Below, in pieces: positions 9,758 to 20,390 of a stretch of DNA of 64,000 bases (position 1 is its first letter; each line of letters opens with the position of its first letter). Under the pieces are notes generated by a model, which saw nothing but the letters and a program-made list of their open reading frames with translations, made no database searches and had not been told where the DNA came from. Origin of the DNA: Candidatus Hodarchaeota archaeon (GTDB lineage Archaea > Asgardarchaeota > Heimdallarchaeia > Hodarchaeales > Hodarchaeaceae); contig JAHQWW010000009.1 in assembly GCA_029856365.1 (NCBI GenBank), forward strand, positions 1-64,000, written 5' to 3'. The position numbers were made by a program, and so were the translations under genes.

Positions 9758-10834
9758 TTGAAGAGAAATATGGCTTTCCTCGAAGTTGAAAACCTTTCAA
9801 AGAAATTTGAGGACATTATCGCTGTTGATTCAGTTAGTTTTTCAGTTGCAGAAGGGGAGATATTAGGAATTCTTGGGCCATCTGGTTGTGGTAAAACAAC
9901 TATTTTGAAAGCAATTCTGGGGTTGTTAACTCCAACAGACGGGGATATTCGTCTTGAGGGTGAATCTATTGTAAAAATTCCACCTGAATTGCGTAATTTC
10001 GGATATATTCCACAGAATTTAGCTTTATTTCCTCACTTAACTGTTTTTGAAAATATAGCTTTTGGATTAAGGGCAAAAAAGTGGAAAAAAAAGAAAATAG
10101 CTACAAAAACAAAATCCTTGTTGAAAATGTTAGAATTAGACAGTTTAGAATCAAAACTCCCCCATGAGATCAGTGGAGGACAACAACAAAGGGTGGCTCT
10201 TGCACGAGCTCTTGCTCCAGAACCTGCATTATTATTAATGGATGAACCTTTGACCTCATTAGACACCACATTATCCTTTTATCTTCGTTGGGAAGTGAGG
10301 AAAATTCTTAAGACAACCACAACAACAGCTATTTTTGTTACTCATAATCCTGAGGAAGCTATCTCTATTTGTGATCGTTTGGTCTTGATGGAGGCAGGAC
10401 GAACCATTCAAATTATATCCTCTAAAGATGTCTTTGATTCCCCTGCTTCTGTAAAAGTTATGCAAATTATGGGTAAATCCAACATTTTCCCAGTTATTAA
10501 TCATACGAAAGATCAGAATGGAAGAGATGTCTTTATGACATCACTAGGTTTACTTCCTCGTCCAAAGTTTACCCTAGAAAAACCGATTTTAGGATGCTGG
10601 ATTCCTGAGACAGATATTATGCTTCAAAATTTGAATGATAGCTGTAATGATCATCAACATATTATAGGAGAATTATTAGGTATTATTTGGGGTCGTACTA
10701 AACATCGACTCATTTTCCAATTGTCTGACAACAGTCAGATCGCAGTTCAAATACCCTCCAACTATAACTCCCTTCCAGCTATTGGAGAAACTCTTTCTCT
10801 GGTATTTCGCTTAAATAAAATCCGCTGGTTTTAA
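9758..10834 (+). CDS. thiQ: ABC transporter ATP-binding subunit (ThiQ/PotA-like)
   Basis: GPSGCGKT, ISGGQQQR, LLMDEP; follows thiBP. Confidence 0.85.
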   Translation: MKRNMAFLEVENLSKKFEDIIAVDSVSFSVAEGEILGILGPSGCGKTTILKAILGLLTPTDGDIRLEGESIVKIPPELRNFGYIPQNLALFPHLTVFENIAFGLRAKKWKKKKIATKTKSLLKMLELDSLESKLPHEISGGQQQRVALARALAPEPALLLMDEPLTSLDTTLSFYLRWEVRKILKTTTTTAIFVTHNPEEAISICDRLVLMEAGRTIQIISSKDVFDSPASVKVMQIMGKSNIFPVINHTKDQNGRDVFMTSLGLLPRPKFTLEKPILGCWIPETDIMLQNLNDSCNDHQHIIGELLGIIWGRTKHRLIFQLSDNSQIAVQIPSNYNSLPAIGETLSLVFRLNKIRWF

Positions 10835-10899
10835 TTCACCATTATTTTTTGATTAGCTCGATTTGGTTGATTTTTTTCATGCTTATATATAATAATGGA

Positions 10900-11166
10900 C
10901 TAGAATTGATTGGAGTCGTTTTCAAGCGATTCACTAATGATGAGTGTTATTGATTTCGTTATTCCTTCAACAGAGCGAATTCTTTTTGTTATGAGAGTAC
11001 CTAATGACTTAACTTTGTCCGTTTGAACTTCGGCTACTAAATCATACTCACCAAATGTAATACGACATGACTTGACTTGGGTTATCTTACTTATTTCTTC
11101 TTTAACAGAATGTTCTTTGCCTGGATAAACACATAATAACACGACAGCGACAACCATGGATCTCAA
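10900..11166 (-). CDS. Stand-alone Lrp/AsnC ligand-binding (RAM) domain protein
   Basis: TFGEYDLVAEV...IRSVEGITKSITLI. Confidence 0.85.
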   Translation of the reverse strand: MRSMVVAVVLLCVYPGKEHSVKEEISKITQVKSCRITFGEYDLVAEVQTDKVKSLGTLITKRIRSVEGITKSITLIISESLENDSNQF

Positions 11167-11450
11167 TCCTTTCTTATACCTTTTTTAACTCCAATAATGA
11201 GATTTCTTATTATTACATGGTGATTTTCTTATGATTAATAGAAAAATGCGAAGTATTAAATCTGTTTGTCCTTAATTTAGAGTAAAAAATGGAAAAACTT
11301 TTTAGTTTCTTGCTAAGTTATACTGTAGGAATCATAATTTCTATCGAACCGAAGTTTAAACGGAGACCATTTTCGAATAGTCATCAAGAGACCGACAATA
11401 ACAAACATTCATGCCATGAGTAAACAACAATCATAACGAATGGAATTATT

Positions 11451-12140
11451 ATGAAGACTATCCAAGAGCTTTATCATCTACAGAACAGTCTTTCGCAGAT
11501 TTTCGATAGAATTGGAATTACTCAGGAAATTCGGGAGGAACTTTCGCTAGACGAATTGTCACCCCACGAACAGGATCAATTAACTCTTCTGATTGAGAAA
11601 TTTGAATTTACTCTTGACGAAATCCTTCACAATCCCAACATCATAGAAGAAGTATTTGATCAACGTTTATTGATTCGTCTCGGTAACTATTGGTATTGCC
11701 AAGACGATTTCTCCCAAGCTTTAGAATACTATGATTTAAGCAATCTAGTCGAAGAAAATGAATGGGCATATTTCAATACTGCCAGAATTCTCCAGATTCA
11801 AGAAGAACTAGGCACTGCTTTTGAAAAATATGATCAGGCAATAAAACTCAAACCTGATTTTCCTCTGGCTCTCCGACATCAAGCAGAAATTCTAAATCGT
11901 CAGGGTGATTTTGAAGCAGCTTTGATGAAATTAAAAAAGAGCCAACAACTCAATCCAAATGATCCTGAAACGAATAAGCTTTTAGCAGACTATCATATCG
12001 AACATGGGGAAAAAGAAAAGGCGTTGGTTCATTTAAGGGCCATTCATCATCGAGACCCAGATGTAATGGAAAAAATAAAAGATTTAGAAGGGAAAGAATC
12101 CTTATTAAATCGTATTATTGGCCGATTTCGTAAAAAATAA
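11451..12140 (+). CDS. Tetratricopeptide repeat protein
   Basis: Several TPR-like units (A..YDQAIKLKPD, QQLNPND). Confidence 0.85.
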   Translation: MKTIQELYHLQNSLSQIFDRIGITQEIREELSLDELSPHEQDQLTLLIEKFEFTLDEILHNPNIIEEVFDQRLLIRLGNYWYCQDDFSQALEYYDLSNLVEENEWAYFNTARILQIQEELGTAFEKYDQAIKLKPDFPLALRHQAEILNRQGDFEAALMKLKKSQQLNPNDPETNKLLADYHIEHGEKEKALVHLRAIHHRDPDVMEKIKDLEGKESLLNRIIGRFRKK

Positions 12141-12196
12141 GAGTAAAAGTTCAATTATGATTACATGAAACGAATGCAAGATGGGAAAATATACTT

Positions 12197-12391
12197 ATGT
12201 CTTCTAAGCAAAAAGACTTATTACGGTTAAAACGAAAACATCATCCCCGATTAAAACGCAAAAAACCTGAAACAAAGGGTAGTGGAGGCGTAAAAGGTGA
12301 CGGGGTGCTTTTCCCTTCAACCAGGGTTCCCAATGGCCTGAATAAAAAAACAGCAAAGAAGTTGAAAAAAGCTACACGTTACAAATATTAA
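12197..12391 (+). CDS. Small highly basic hypothetical protein
   Basis: 64 aa, Lys/Arg rich, fills an intergenic gap on the same strand as its neighbours. Confidence 0.55.
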   Translation: MSSKQKDLLRLKRKHHPRLKRKKPETKGSGGVKGDGVLFPSTRVPNGLNKKTAKKLKKATRYKY

Positions 12392-12491
12392 GAAAAATCA
12401 TCTGAAAAATAATTTTCTACTTTCCCACTCTAAGTAATTCAGATTTCTGTCCACCGCTGAACTGATAATCTCTTTAATCAGAGGAAGCTTC

Positions 12492-14306
12492 GTGAACACC
12501 CATATTTCAAACTTAATAATCCATCCAACTGTCCGTCCTCAGCAACAGCGAACCTTTGATACGATTTTTCAAAAATGGTCTCAATATAACTCATTTTTTT
12601 GTTCACTTCCTACAGGATCCGGGAAGACCGATCTTGCTGCGTGTATTGTATCAGATTATCTTCATACAAACGTAACAGACAAGATAGATATTCTGGTTCC
12701 TTATCGGATGCATCAAGACTTTTGGTTCAGTATCTTACAAAAATATGCGAGAAAACATGACTTTTCTGTTGCTTTACTAAAGGGAAGATCAGCATATTAT
12801 TGTCCCATCATACGTGGGGGAGCAAATATCTCTCCTTGTGCCTTTGATCCTTACTATGCTCAGAACTGTCGTTCAAAACGTCAGTGCGCTTTATTAAAAG
12901 CTCGACAGCGAATTCGCAGAAGTCAAGTTCGAATACTAAACTGGTGGGTCTTTAAATACGTAGATTTGGGTGAAGATAAGGCAAAATTCCGAATATTTGA
13001 TGAAGCACATAATTTATTAAATCTAGAAAGCTTATTACGTGTCGAAATCAATAAGTCTTTTTTACACAACATTACCCAAGACCAAGAATTATTAACCAAG
13101 TTTGAAGAGTGGGAAAAAAACCAACTGAAGGAAAAAAAATGGATTGAAGTAAAGAAAGAAGAGGGATTGAATTTCATCAGAAATCTTCAAGTTGTCTTAA
13201 CAGAACGTGAAAGAAATATCGCAAAAAATCTGAACAATAGTTCCCAAAGTACTGTGAAGCTTGAAATGTTAAGAGAGCTTCAAAGGATTACGGAGATGGT
13301 TTCTGCTCTTTCTGACTTAATCATTGACCCAGTATCCTCAGATCTGACTTTTTTCTATCAACGTGAAAAGAAACAAGTTCAACTTATTGTCCAACCCTTT
13401 GAAATTGCTTATATTTTCTCCAAACTATTTAGTGGAAGTAAAAACTTATTTTTATCAGCGACAATTGGTGACGGAGAATATCTAGCTCAATTACTTGGAT
13501 TAAATCCTCAATATTGCTATTACGTACATGAAGACTCCTCATTTGAGAAAAGGAATCACCCCTTCATCTTATTGAAGGAAGCAGAGAAACTTTCGACCGC
13601 AACTAGGGAAAAAAAGGAAAAATCATTTAAATCCATTGAATACCAATCTTCAATATTTCTTGATTTATTAAAACAACATCACTTACGTGCTTTGATCTTA
13701 ACATCAAGTTTTGAATTGGCTAACTTAATGTATAAGCTCGCGAGTTCCAAACAGCTTATGGTTATTACACATTCAGCTGGAAAATCAGATAAAGCTATTA
13801 AAACCTTCATTTCAAAGCGTCAGGGAGATGTCCTGATTACTCCTTCAGCCTGGGAAGGGATTTCTTTAGATGATGACTTAGCACGATTATGTTTAATTCC
13901 AAAATTACCATTTCCAATGTTGAAAGATCCAATTATCCAGAAAAAAACTAAGAAATATCCTCAATTTCTTGAGAATGACGTTTTAATATCAATACAACAA
14001 GCTCACGGTAGGATCCAGAGAAATAGTACAGATTGGGGAATATCAATCTGTTTAGACGGCAATTTTCGATGGCTTAAAAATAAACGATCAAAGAGTATAG
14101 AACCATGGTTTTCAAACAGAATTTATGAAATATCAAGATTGGAAGCGGAAAAGTTGATAGATCAATTGATTTCAACACAAAAATCACAAGAAGCATCTAA
14201 ATCATTGATAAAAACAGATACCCCCGCTTTTTCACGAATGAAGAGAAGTGACAGGGAATGGTTAGAATCAAGTGGTTTGGGAGACTTATTGAAGAAACAA
14301 TCTTAA
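12492..14306 (+). CDS. DinG/XPD/Rad3-family SF2 helicase with Fe-S-type Cys cluster
   Basis: PTGSGKT, DEAHN, LSAT, WEGISL, QAHGRIQR; four Cys after LKGR. Confidence 0.88.
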   Translation: MNTHISNLIIHPTVRPQQQRTFDTIFQKWSQYNSFFCSLPTGSGKTDLAACIVSDYLHTNVTDKIDILVPYRMHQDFWFSILQKYARKHDFSVALLKGRSAYYCPIIRGGANISPCAFDPYYAQNCRSKRQCALLKARQRIRRSQVRILNWWVFKYVDLGEDKAKFRIFDEAHNLLNLESLLRVEINKSFLHNITQDQELLTKFEEWEKNQLKEKKWIEVKKEEGLNFIRNLQVVLTERERNIAKNLNNSSQSTVKLEMLRELQRITEMVSALSDLIIDPVSSDLTFFYQREKKQVQLIVQPFEIAYIFSKLFSGSKNLFLSATIGDGEYLAQLLGLNPQYCYYVHEDSSFEKRNHPFILLKEAEKLSTATREKKEKSFKSIEYQSSIFLDLLKQHHLRALILTSSFELANLMYKLASSKQLMVITHSAGKSDKAIKTFISKRQGDVLITPSAWEGISLDDDLARLCLIPKLPFPMLKDPIIQKKTKKYPQFLENDVLISIQQAHGRIQRNSTDWGISICLDGNFRWLKNKRSKSIEPWFSNRIYEISRLEAEKLIDQLISTQKSQEASKSLIKTDTPAFSRMKRSDREWLESSGLGDLLKKQS

Positions 14307-14420
14307 TTATGTTAAAAGCTAATTATAGACCTTTTACAAAACAAGTCTTATATGTGCATATATATCATTATAAGCTAAAAAAGATTCTTTAATAGAAAAC
14401 GCTAAAGTGGTGAAAGCTAA

Positions 14421-15272
14421 TTGTACTTTACCTTATTCCCTCCAATCTCGATTGAGGGGACAGCAACGGAAAGAACCTTGGATATTGCTGGATTAGAAGC
14501 ATTAAAATCTATTCGAGTCTCAACAGAAAAGGTTAGTTGTGTCCTTGATATTGATGGTAATACCCGAACAATCGAAGTGATTAATTTTAACAATCCTAGT
14601 CCAGATGTGAATTTCCGTATTGACCCCGACGATAGATTTCCTTTAGAGCTCATGCCACTTGTAACAATAGAATTATTCGAAGAAATAGCCTCGAAGATTG
14701 GAGGATACACCCTAATTTTTACTAAACCGCCAAAAGCTGGATATTTCGATTTCTATCGTGGAGATCTTTATCCCATTTCCATTCGTGGAGCTGAAAAACA
14801 GCTTTATGCTTTGACTGCTGAACTTCGGCCTTTGAGAAATGATTATTTCGTTGCATTGAACAGTTTGCTTGAAATTGATTTCGAATCGCAGCTCGAAACC
14901 TCTCTCGCAACCTTTTCTGAAAATGTACTAAAACCAATATCAGCCAATACGGATGAAGTATTCTCTTTAGATACAGATTTAGATTCTGACGATTCGATTG
15001 TCAATATCATTGGAAGTGATTTTAAGCGCCTTATTTCTCGAACAAATGAGCTTATCACCATTGTTAGCTACCATATGGATCAAACAGCAGAACGAAATAA
15101 AGCCTTCCTCCGTTTGACCTTGCCTCTTATGTTAAAACAAGCCCTTCTCGAGAATTTCAAAGAATATCTCCAATTTGAAACTGGAAATTATGAGCTTAGA
15201 CTAAAAATCATCAAACGAAAGAGCTTATCCGTAGAAGACCTTTTAAATCTAATTTTGGAATCCTTTCAATAA
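14421..15272 (+). CDS. Hypothetical protein
   Basis: 283-aa ORF with no recognisable motif. Confidence 0.7.
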   Translation: MYFTLFPPISIEGTATERTLDIAGLEALKSIRVSTEKVSCVLDIDGNTRTIEVINFNNPSPDVNFRIDPDDRFPLELMPLVTIELFEEIASKIGGYTLIFTKPPKAGYFDFYRGDLYPISIRGAEKQLYALTAELRPLRNDYFVALNSLLEIDFESQLETSLATFSENVLKPISANTDEVFSLDTDLDSDDSIVNIIGSDFKRLISRTNELITIVSYHMDQTAERNKAFLRLTLPLMLKQALLENFKEYLQFETGNYELRLKIIKRKSLSVEDLLNLILESFQ

Positions 15273-15311
15273 TTTAGAGTTAATTTTTAATTTTTTGGAG
15301 TTCAGGATAAA

Positions 15312-17084
15312 TTGAACATTTCATTCCTTAAAGAATTAATTTCTTGTGCGCGTGGGGAGATACCTTCTGATTTGTTAATTCAAAGTGGAACACTTGCAAA
15401 TGTGATTACTCGAGAATTATACAAAGCAGATATAACGATTTATGGTAATCGTATAGCGAATGTTGCAGAACCAGACTCATTAGATCCGGAAAATTGTCAC
15501 CAAGTAATTGATATTAAAGGTAAATACATTTCTCCTGGTCTTATTGAATCTCATCTTCACATTGAAAGCACAATGTTACCGCCAACTGAATTTGCCAAGG
15601 TTGTAGTTCCCCGAGGAACAACTACAGTACTCTTGGATCCACATGAAATCGGTAACGCTTTAGGGGTAAGAGGACTTCAACTTCTTCTCACCCAATCTGA
15701 AAATCTTCCCTTACGATTTTTAATCGAAATTCCATCGTGTGTGCCTGCAGCACCAGGTTTGGAAACATCAGCACATACTATTGACTCAAAAATAATAAAA
15801 GATCTTATTGAGAAGGAACCGCGTTTTTTTGGCCTTGGAGAAGTAATGAATTATCCAGGAGTGCTTTTCAAAGACGATGAAGTCTTAACCAAAATTAAAT
15901 TGGGTTCTAAACTTAATATTGTTGATGGTCATAGTCCAGGAGTCTCTGGTAGAGATTTAGATGCCTATATAGCAGCTGGTATTGAGTCAGACCACGAAAG
16001 TACCACAGCAAAGGAATTCTTGGAAAAATTACGAAAAGGAATGAAGGTCATGGCGAGAGAGGGATCTTTAACCAAAGATCTGCGAAATTTGTTAAAAGCA
16101 GTAAAAGGAACAAACTTAGATCTTAGAAATTGTCTCATTGCATCAGACGATCGTAATGTTATTGATCTCTTAGAAAATGGACATTTAGATACTCAACTAA
16201 GGATCGCTGTTGAAGAAGAAATCCCCCCATTGTCAGCATTACAAATGGCTACTATCAATCCAGCAACATATTTTGGGCTAGGACATAAACTTGGCAGTGT
16301 TGCTCCTGGAAAAATTGCAGATATAGTTATTTTTGAAGATCTGCAAAAATTTCAAATAAATTCGGTAATTTTTAGCGGAAAAATCGTTTTTAAAGACAAA
16401 AAACTAAATTGGCATTTTCCTGAACCTAAGTTTCCACTATGGGCAATTGATACGGTAAAATTAATACAGCCAATTAACCCAGAATCTTTTCATGCAACTG
16501 TTTCTCTTTCAGATGGAACTTATCAAACTCGTGTCATCGGTGTTCTTCCACATTCAGTCATTACGGAAGCGTTAGTAGAGAATCTCAGAGTGGAAAATGG
16601 TTATATACACCCTGCACCTGAAGAAGACATCCTATCACTGTCCGTGATTGAACGTTATGGGATTAATGGTAATATTGCAAATGCTTTTGTCAAAGGATTT
16701 AATATTACATCTAAAGATTTTGCAATGGCAACAACAGTAGCCCATGATTGCCACAACCTCATCGTAACGGGAACTGATCACAATATAATGACCAAGGCAG
16801 TCAAGGTATTACATCAAATGAAGGGAGGATACGTTGTTATCAGGGGAGATAAAATGCAAAAACTCCCCCTTCCTTATGGGGGATTAATGAGCATAGACCC
16901 ATATAAAATTCTTTATAATCAATTAACCGAGTTGAATAATGCTTTCTCTGACATTACTGAATTTAATGAGCCCTTAATGGCTTTATCATTTATGGCTCTC
17001 TCTGTTATACCTCATCTAAAGCTTACAGACAAAGGACTTGTGGATGTTGATAGTTTCACCTTCACAAAGCTTATTATCCAATAA
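15312..17084 (+). CDS. ade: Adenine deaminase
   Basis: HLHIEST, DPHEIGN, GLGEVMNYPG, DGHSP, SDHE, TVAHDCHN. Confidence 0.95.
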   Translation: MNISFLKELISCARGEIPSDLLIQSGTLANVITRELYKADITIYGNRIANVAEPDSLDPENCHQVIDIKGKYISPGLIESHLHIESTMLPPTEFAKVVVPRGTTTVLLDPHEIGNALGVRGLQLLLTQSENLPLRFLIEIPSCVPAAPGLETSAHTIDSKIIKDLIEKEPRFFGLGEVMNYPGVLFKDDEVLTKIKLGSKLNIVDGHSPGVSGRDLDAYIAAGIESDHESTTAKEFLEKLRKGMKVMAREGSLTKDLRNLLKAVKGTNLDLRNCLIASDDRNVIDLLENGHLDTQLRIAVEEEIPPLSALQMATINPATYFGLGHKLGSVAPGKIADIVIFEDLQKFQINSVIFSGKIVFKDKKLNWHFPEPKFPLWAIDTVKLIQPINPESFHATVSLSDGTYQTRVIGVLPHSVITEALVENLRVENGYIHPAPEEDILSLSVIERYGINGNIANAFVKGFNITSKDFAMATTVAHDCHNLIVTGTDHNIMTKAVKVLHQMKGGYVVIRGDKMQKLPLPYGGLMSIDPYKILYNQLTELNNAFSDITEFNEPLMALSFMALSVIPHLKLTDKGLVDVDSFTFTKLIIQ

Positions 17085-17153
17085 TTATAAATAACGGTTT
17101 CCTTCCTCGTTTGGTAAAACCTCATATAGGAAATACTAGGAGGAGATGACTAA

Positions 17154-17528
17154 ATGAAAGTCCAAAAGCATTGTATCTATAATCTAGATTTTTCCTATAC
17201 GCGAATAACGACAAATCAAAACGAAATTGATTTTCGAGGTGTCCTTAGTTACCACGTCAAAGATCTAGACCTGATTAAAGAGACCACAAGAGGACTTATA
17301 GAACTGGATACTGTCAACATTTTCTTATTTTTTCAAGTTCAGCGTCATGTTGATCTTGTGCTTAATGATATAGATGAAAATGATGTTGTAAACCAGCGTC
17401 CTATAATTATTAATAGGCTGAAAATGATTCTTCGACGAGAATTAATTGACATCGGTCTTGAACTAGTGGATTTCAAGCGAATATCACTTTGGTGTTATGG
17501 GGCAGCGGATCGTGGAGTGCAATTTTAA
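17154..17528 (+). CDS. Hypothetical protein
   Basis: 124 aa with a strong SD-like AGGAGGAG upstream. Confidence 0.65.
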   Translation: MKVQKHCIYNLDFSYTRITTNQNEIDFRGVLSYHVKDLDLIKETTRGLIELDTVNIFLFFQVQRHVDLVLNDIDENDVVNQRPIIINRLKMILRRELIDIGLELVDFKRISLWCYGAADRGVQF

Positions 17529-17853
17529 CGTTTTAAGAATCATATTAATTCTAAGGGGAGGAACAATACTCCTCCAAGTATCAATAGACTTCTACTGGAA
17601 AAAATTTTAGTGAAGCTGATTAGAGTAAGAGTTGCAAATTCTTTTAACCACTAGAAGAGCGTTAGGGGTTAATTGAATGATTTTTCATTGAATGATTTTT
17701 ATATACTTTATACAATGATATATAAAGTCGTTTTAAAGATGTTTTCCTCCCACACAAAAAATAATTATAAAATCTTTAAGACTCTTAAGCTTTAAGATCA
17801 CCTTTCAAGAAACTATTCGTAATTAAATCATTAAAATGAGAGAAATGGTTTAA

Positions 17854-18402
17854 ATGACCTTGGTTATGATGACAGGATTACCAGGTACGGGCAAAACTTA
17901 TTTAGCGTGGAAGTTAATCAAGCATCTATTACATCAATATGTCTATTTAAGTACTGATATAGTTCGAAGGAACCTTTTTAATTTTTCTCATCATCATTAT
18001 TTACCCTTTGGAGACAAATTATACACCCAAGAAAAACGTGATCTTGTTTATAATGCAGTATATCTAATCACTGACATTTTACTCACTCATCAACTCTCCG
18101 TCATAGTAGACGGTACATTTTATTCCCAATCAAAAAGACAACCACTTTTCCAAATTTGCCAGAGATTAGATCAAAAGTTGATCATCATCAAAACAGTGTG
18201 TTCTGAGGAAATAATCAAACAACGAATCCAAGGACGAAAAAAGCAGGTAGAAAATGCTAGTGATGCTGATTTTAATATTTATTTGGAAATCAAAGAAAGA
18301 TTTGAACCAATAATTCCGCCTCATATAGAAATAAATACAGAAAAGGATCTATCAATTATTCTCCAGGAAGTGAAGATTTACATTGACAACTTTCAATCCT
18401 AG
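17854..18402 (+). CDS. P-loop kinase (AAA_33/COG0645-like)
   Basis: GLPGTGKT, STDIVRR, VIVDGTF, SDAD. Confidence 0.85.
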   Translation: MTLVMMTGLPGTGKTYLAWKLIKHLLHQYVYLSTDIVRRNLFNFSHHHYLPFGDKLYTQEKRDLVYNAVYLITDILLTHQLSVIVDGTFYSQSKRQPLFQICQRLDQKLIIIKTVCSEEIIKQRIQGRKKQVENASDADFNIYLEIKERFEPIIPPHIEINTEKDLSIILQEVKIYIDNFQS

Positions 18403-19363
18403 CATGCTAAAGACAACTTCAGCGTATGAACATCCCATTGAATCAATAGAGATACGAGAAACTCATATTTCATGGGTGTTTTTAACAGGGCCTTTTGCTT
18501 ACAAAGTAAAAAAGCCTGTAAAATTCGGAGATATTCTCGATTTCTCTACCCTAGATCTGCGAAAGAAATTCTGTCACAAAGAAATTGAATTAAACAGACG
18601 CTTTTCTCCAGAAATCTATATTGATGTTTTTTCAATTAATTCGGAGGGTAAAATCAATGGACCAGGAAAAGTTGTTGAATATGGGGTAAGAATGAAACAA
18701 CTTCCAGAAGAACGCTTAATGCGAAATATTTTAATGAAAAAAGGAGTGACAACCTCTGCTATCGAAAAAATTGCGAAAGTACTGGCGGATTTCCATATAA
18801 ACACCAAAAAAGTACCTGAATGGGGGAAATTAAAGTACATTTGGGAAAAATGGGATGAAAACTTTCGTACTACTGCTCAATTTCGTACTGAAAGTAAAGA
18901 ATTTCAAGATCAGATCTTTGGTTTCATGTTGGGAAATAAAGGGTTATTTCAAGAACGTATATATGATGATCGTATAACAGATAACCATGGGGATCTTTGT
19001 AGCAATAATATTTTCATTCTACATGAAGATGAGATCAAAATTTTTGATTGTATTGAGTTTAATCCTCTATTACGATATGGAGATCTTTGTGAGGATGTGG
19101 GTTTTCTGGCAATGGATCTCGATTATTGGGGAGAATCTAAATTATCAAAACTCTTTATAGACAAGTATGTGGAATATAGTGGAGATGAATTATTGAAAGA
19201 GATTATTGATTTCTTTAAATGCTACCGAGCATATGTTAGGGGAAAAGTTTACGGATTTCAGGCCGTGAATGAGTCTAATGTGCAAAAAAAGGAAGAACAA
19301 ACAGATATTTCAAACCAGTACTATGATTTAGCTAAAACATATGTTCCTAATTTCTCTATGTAG
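18383..19363 (+). CDS. COG2187-type aminoglycoside-phosphotransferase-like protein
   Basis: ETHISWVFLTG, YKVKKPV, HGDL, FDCIEFN, YRAYVRGKV. Confidence 0.88.
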   Translation: MTTFNPSMLKTTSAYEHPIESIEIRETHISWVFLTGPFAYKVKKPVKFGDILDFSTLDLRKKFCHKEIELNRRFSPEIYIDVFSINSEGKINGPGKVVEYGVRMKQLPEERLMRNILMKKGVTTSAIEKIAKVLADFHINTKKVPEWGKLKYIWEKWDENFRTTAQFRTESKEFQDQIFGFMLGNKGLFQERIYDDRITDNHGDLCSNNIFILHEDEIKIFDCIEFNPLLRYGDLCEDVGFLAMDLDYWGESKLSKLFIDKYVEYSGDELLKEIIDFFKCYRAYVRGKVYGFQAVNESNVQKKEEQTDISNQYYDLAKTYVPNFSM

Positions 19364-19378
19364 ACATTAAATACGAAA

Positions 19379-20344
19379 TCACTCGGATTTACGCGTTGTT
19401 TTAACTTCAAAAGCGCGTAGTGTCACCTGTTCCAGACTAGGTGAGTACCTTTGATTCTCCTGGATTTCAACTGCATATGAAGCCAAAGCGGAGCCAATTT
19501 TAGCAGCTTCATCAATTGGTTTCTTCAAAGATATGCCGTAGAGAAGTCCAGCTCGGAATGCATCTTGCCAAACATCCTCTGAAAGGACTTCTTCTGCTGG
19601 TCCTTCCGACACCTTCATCTTGAATTCCTTAGAATGAATGACAATCTTTGATCTTAACATCATAGAAACAATATATTTTAACCGTTTTGAATTTACTAAT
19701 ATCTCATTACATGTTTGCTTCATCCGTTCTTTGATCATCCTCAGTTCTTCTTCTGTACAAACCAGTAGTGTGATTTTGTCAAGAATTTGGGATAATCTCC
19801 ACTTTGTCAATTCATTCATATTTGAATCTGGAGAGAAGATCACAGGAACTCTATTACCCTGTTCTTGTACCTTTGAGATAAATTTGGTATCAGCCTCTAC
19901 CTTTCCTGTTCCAATGAATGTGGCATCAAGAACTTGAAACTCACTCGATTTAATCTGTTCCTCTAAATTTCTTTCAGCAAAGAAACGATAAGAATTTTCT
20001 TGATCAATAATAAAAGTCCTATTCTGTTCATCTTTTATTTTGTACAAGCACGCAGTTTCTTTTTCTGGATCAATAAAAGCTCTCACATCACTTCCTGCGT
20101 TTTCCAGATGAGGACGATAGACCCAATCAAAATCATACCCTCCCTGTGATACAATGATCGGATGTGACCCTAGAATTGCTAAACCATAAGCTACATTTGC
20201 TCCCATTCCATTAAAGGAACGTTTAACATCAGTACTAATGGTAGTAGGATTCTTATTATCTCTATTACATATAATGGAGAATTCATCTGAAATTGAGAAA
20301 TCAAATTGATAAGCAACTTTTCCTATAACCAGAATCTTTACCAA
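19379..20344 (-). CDS. PfkB/ribokinase-family protein with degenerate GAGD motif
   Basis: GANVAYGLAILG and DAFRAG are present; the expected DxTGAGD reads SEDVWQD. Confidence 0.8.
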   Translation of the reverse strand: MVKILVIGKVAYQFDFSISDEFSIICNRDNKNPTTISTDVKRSFNGMGANVAYGLAILGSHPIIVSQGGYDFDWVYRPHLENAGSDVRAFIDPEKETACLYKIKDEQNRTFIIDQENSYRFFAERNLEEQIKSSEFQVLDATFIGTGKVEADTKFISKVQEQGNRVPVIFSPDSNMNELTKWRLSQILDKITLLVCTEEELRMIKERMKQTCNEILVNSKRLKYIVSMMLRSKIVIHSKEFKMKVSEGPAEEVLSEDVWQDAFRAGLLYGISLKKPIDEAAKIGSALASYAVEIQENQRYSPSLEQVTLRAFEVKTTRKSE

Positions 20345-20390
20345 AAAACCACTTCCTACAATTGCAGTAGTAATGACTATCTAGATTTCA

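Noticed and set aside
17557-17700. GGAGGA/TCCTCC hairpin and TTGAATGATTTTT direct repeat
   Set aside because: Short enough to arise by chance in AT-rich DNA; no second copy noticed.
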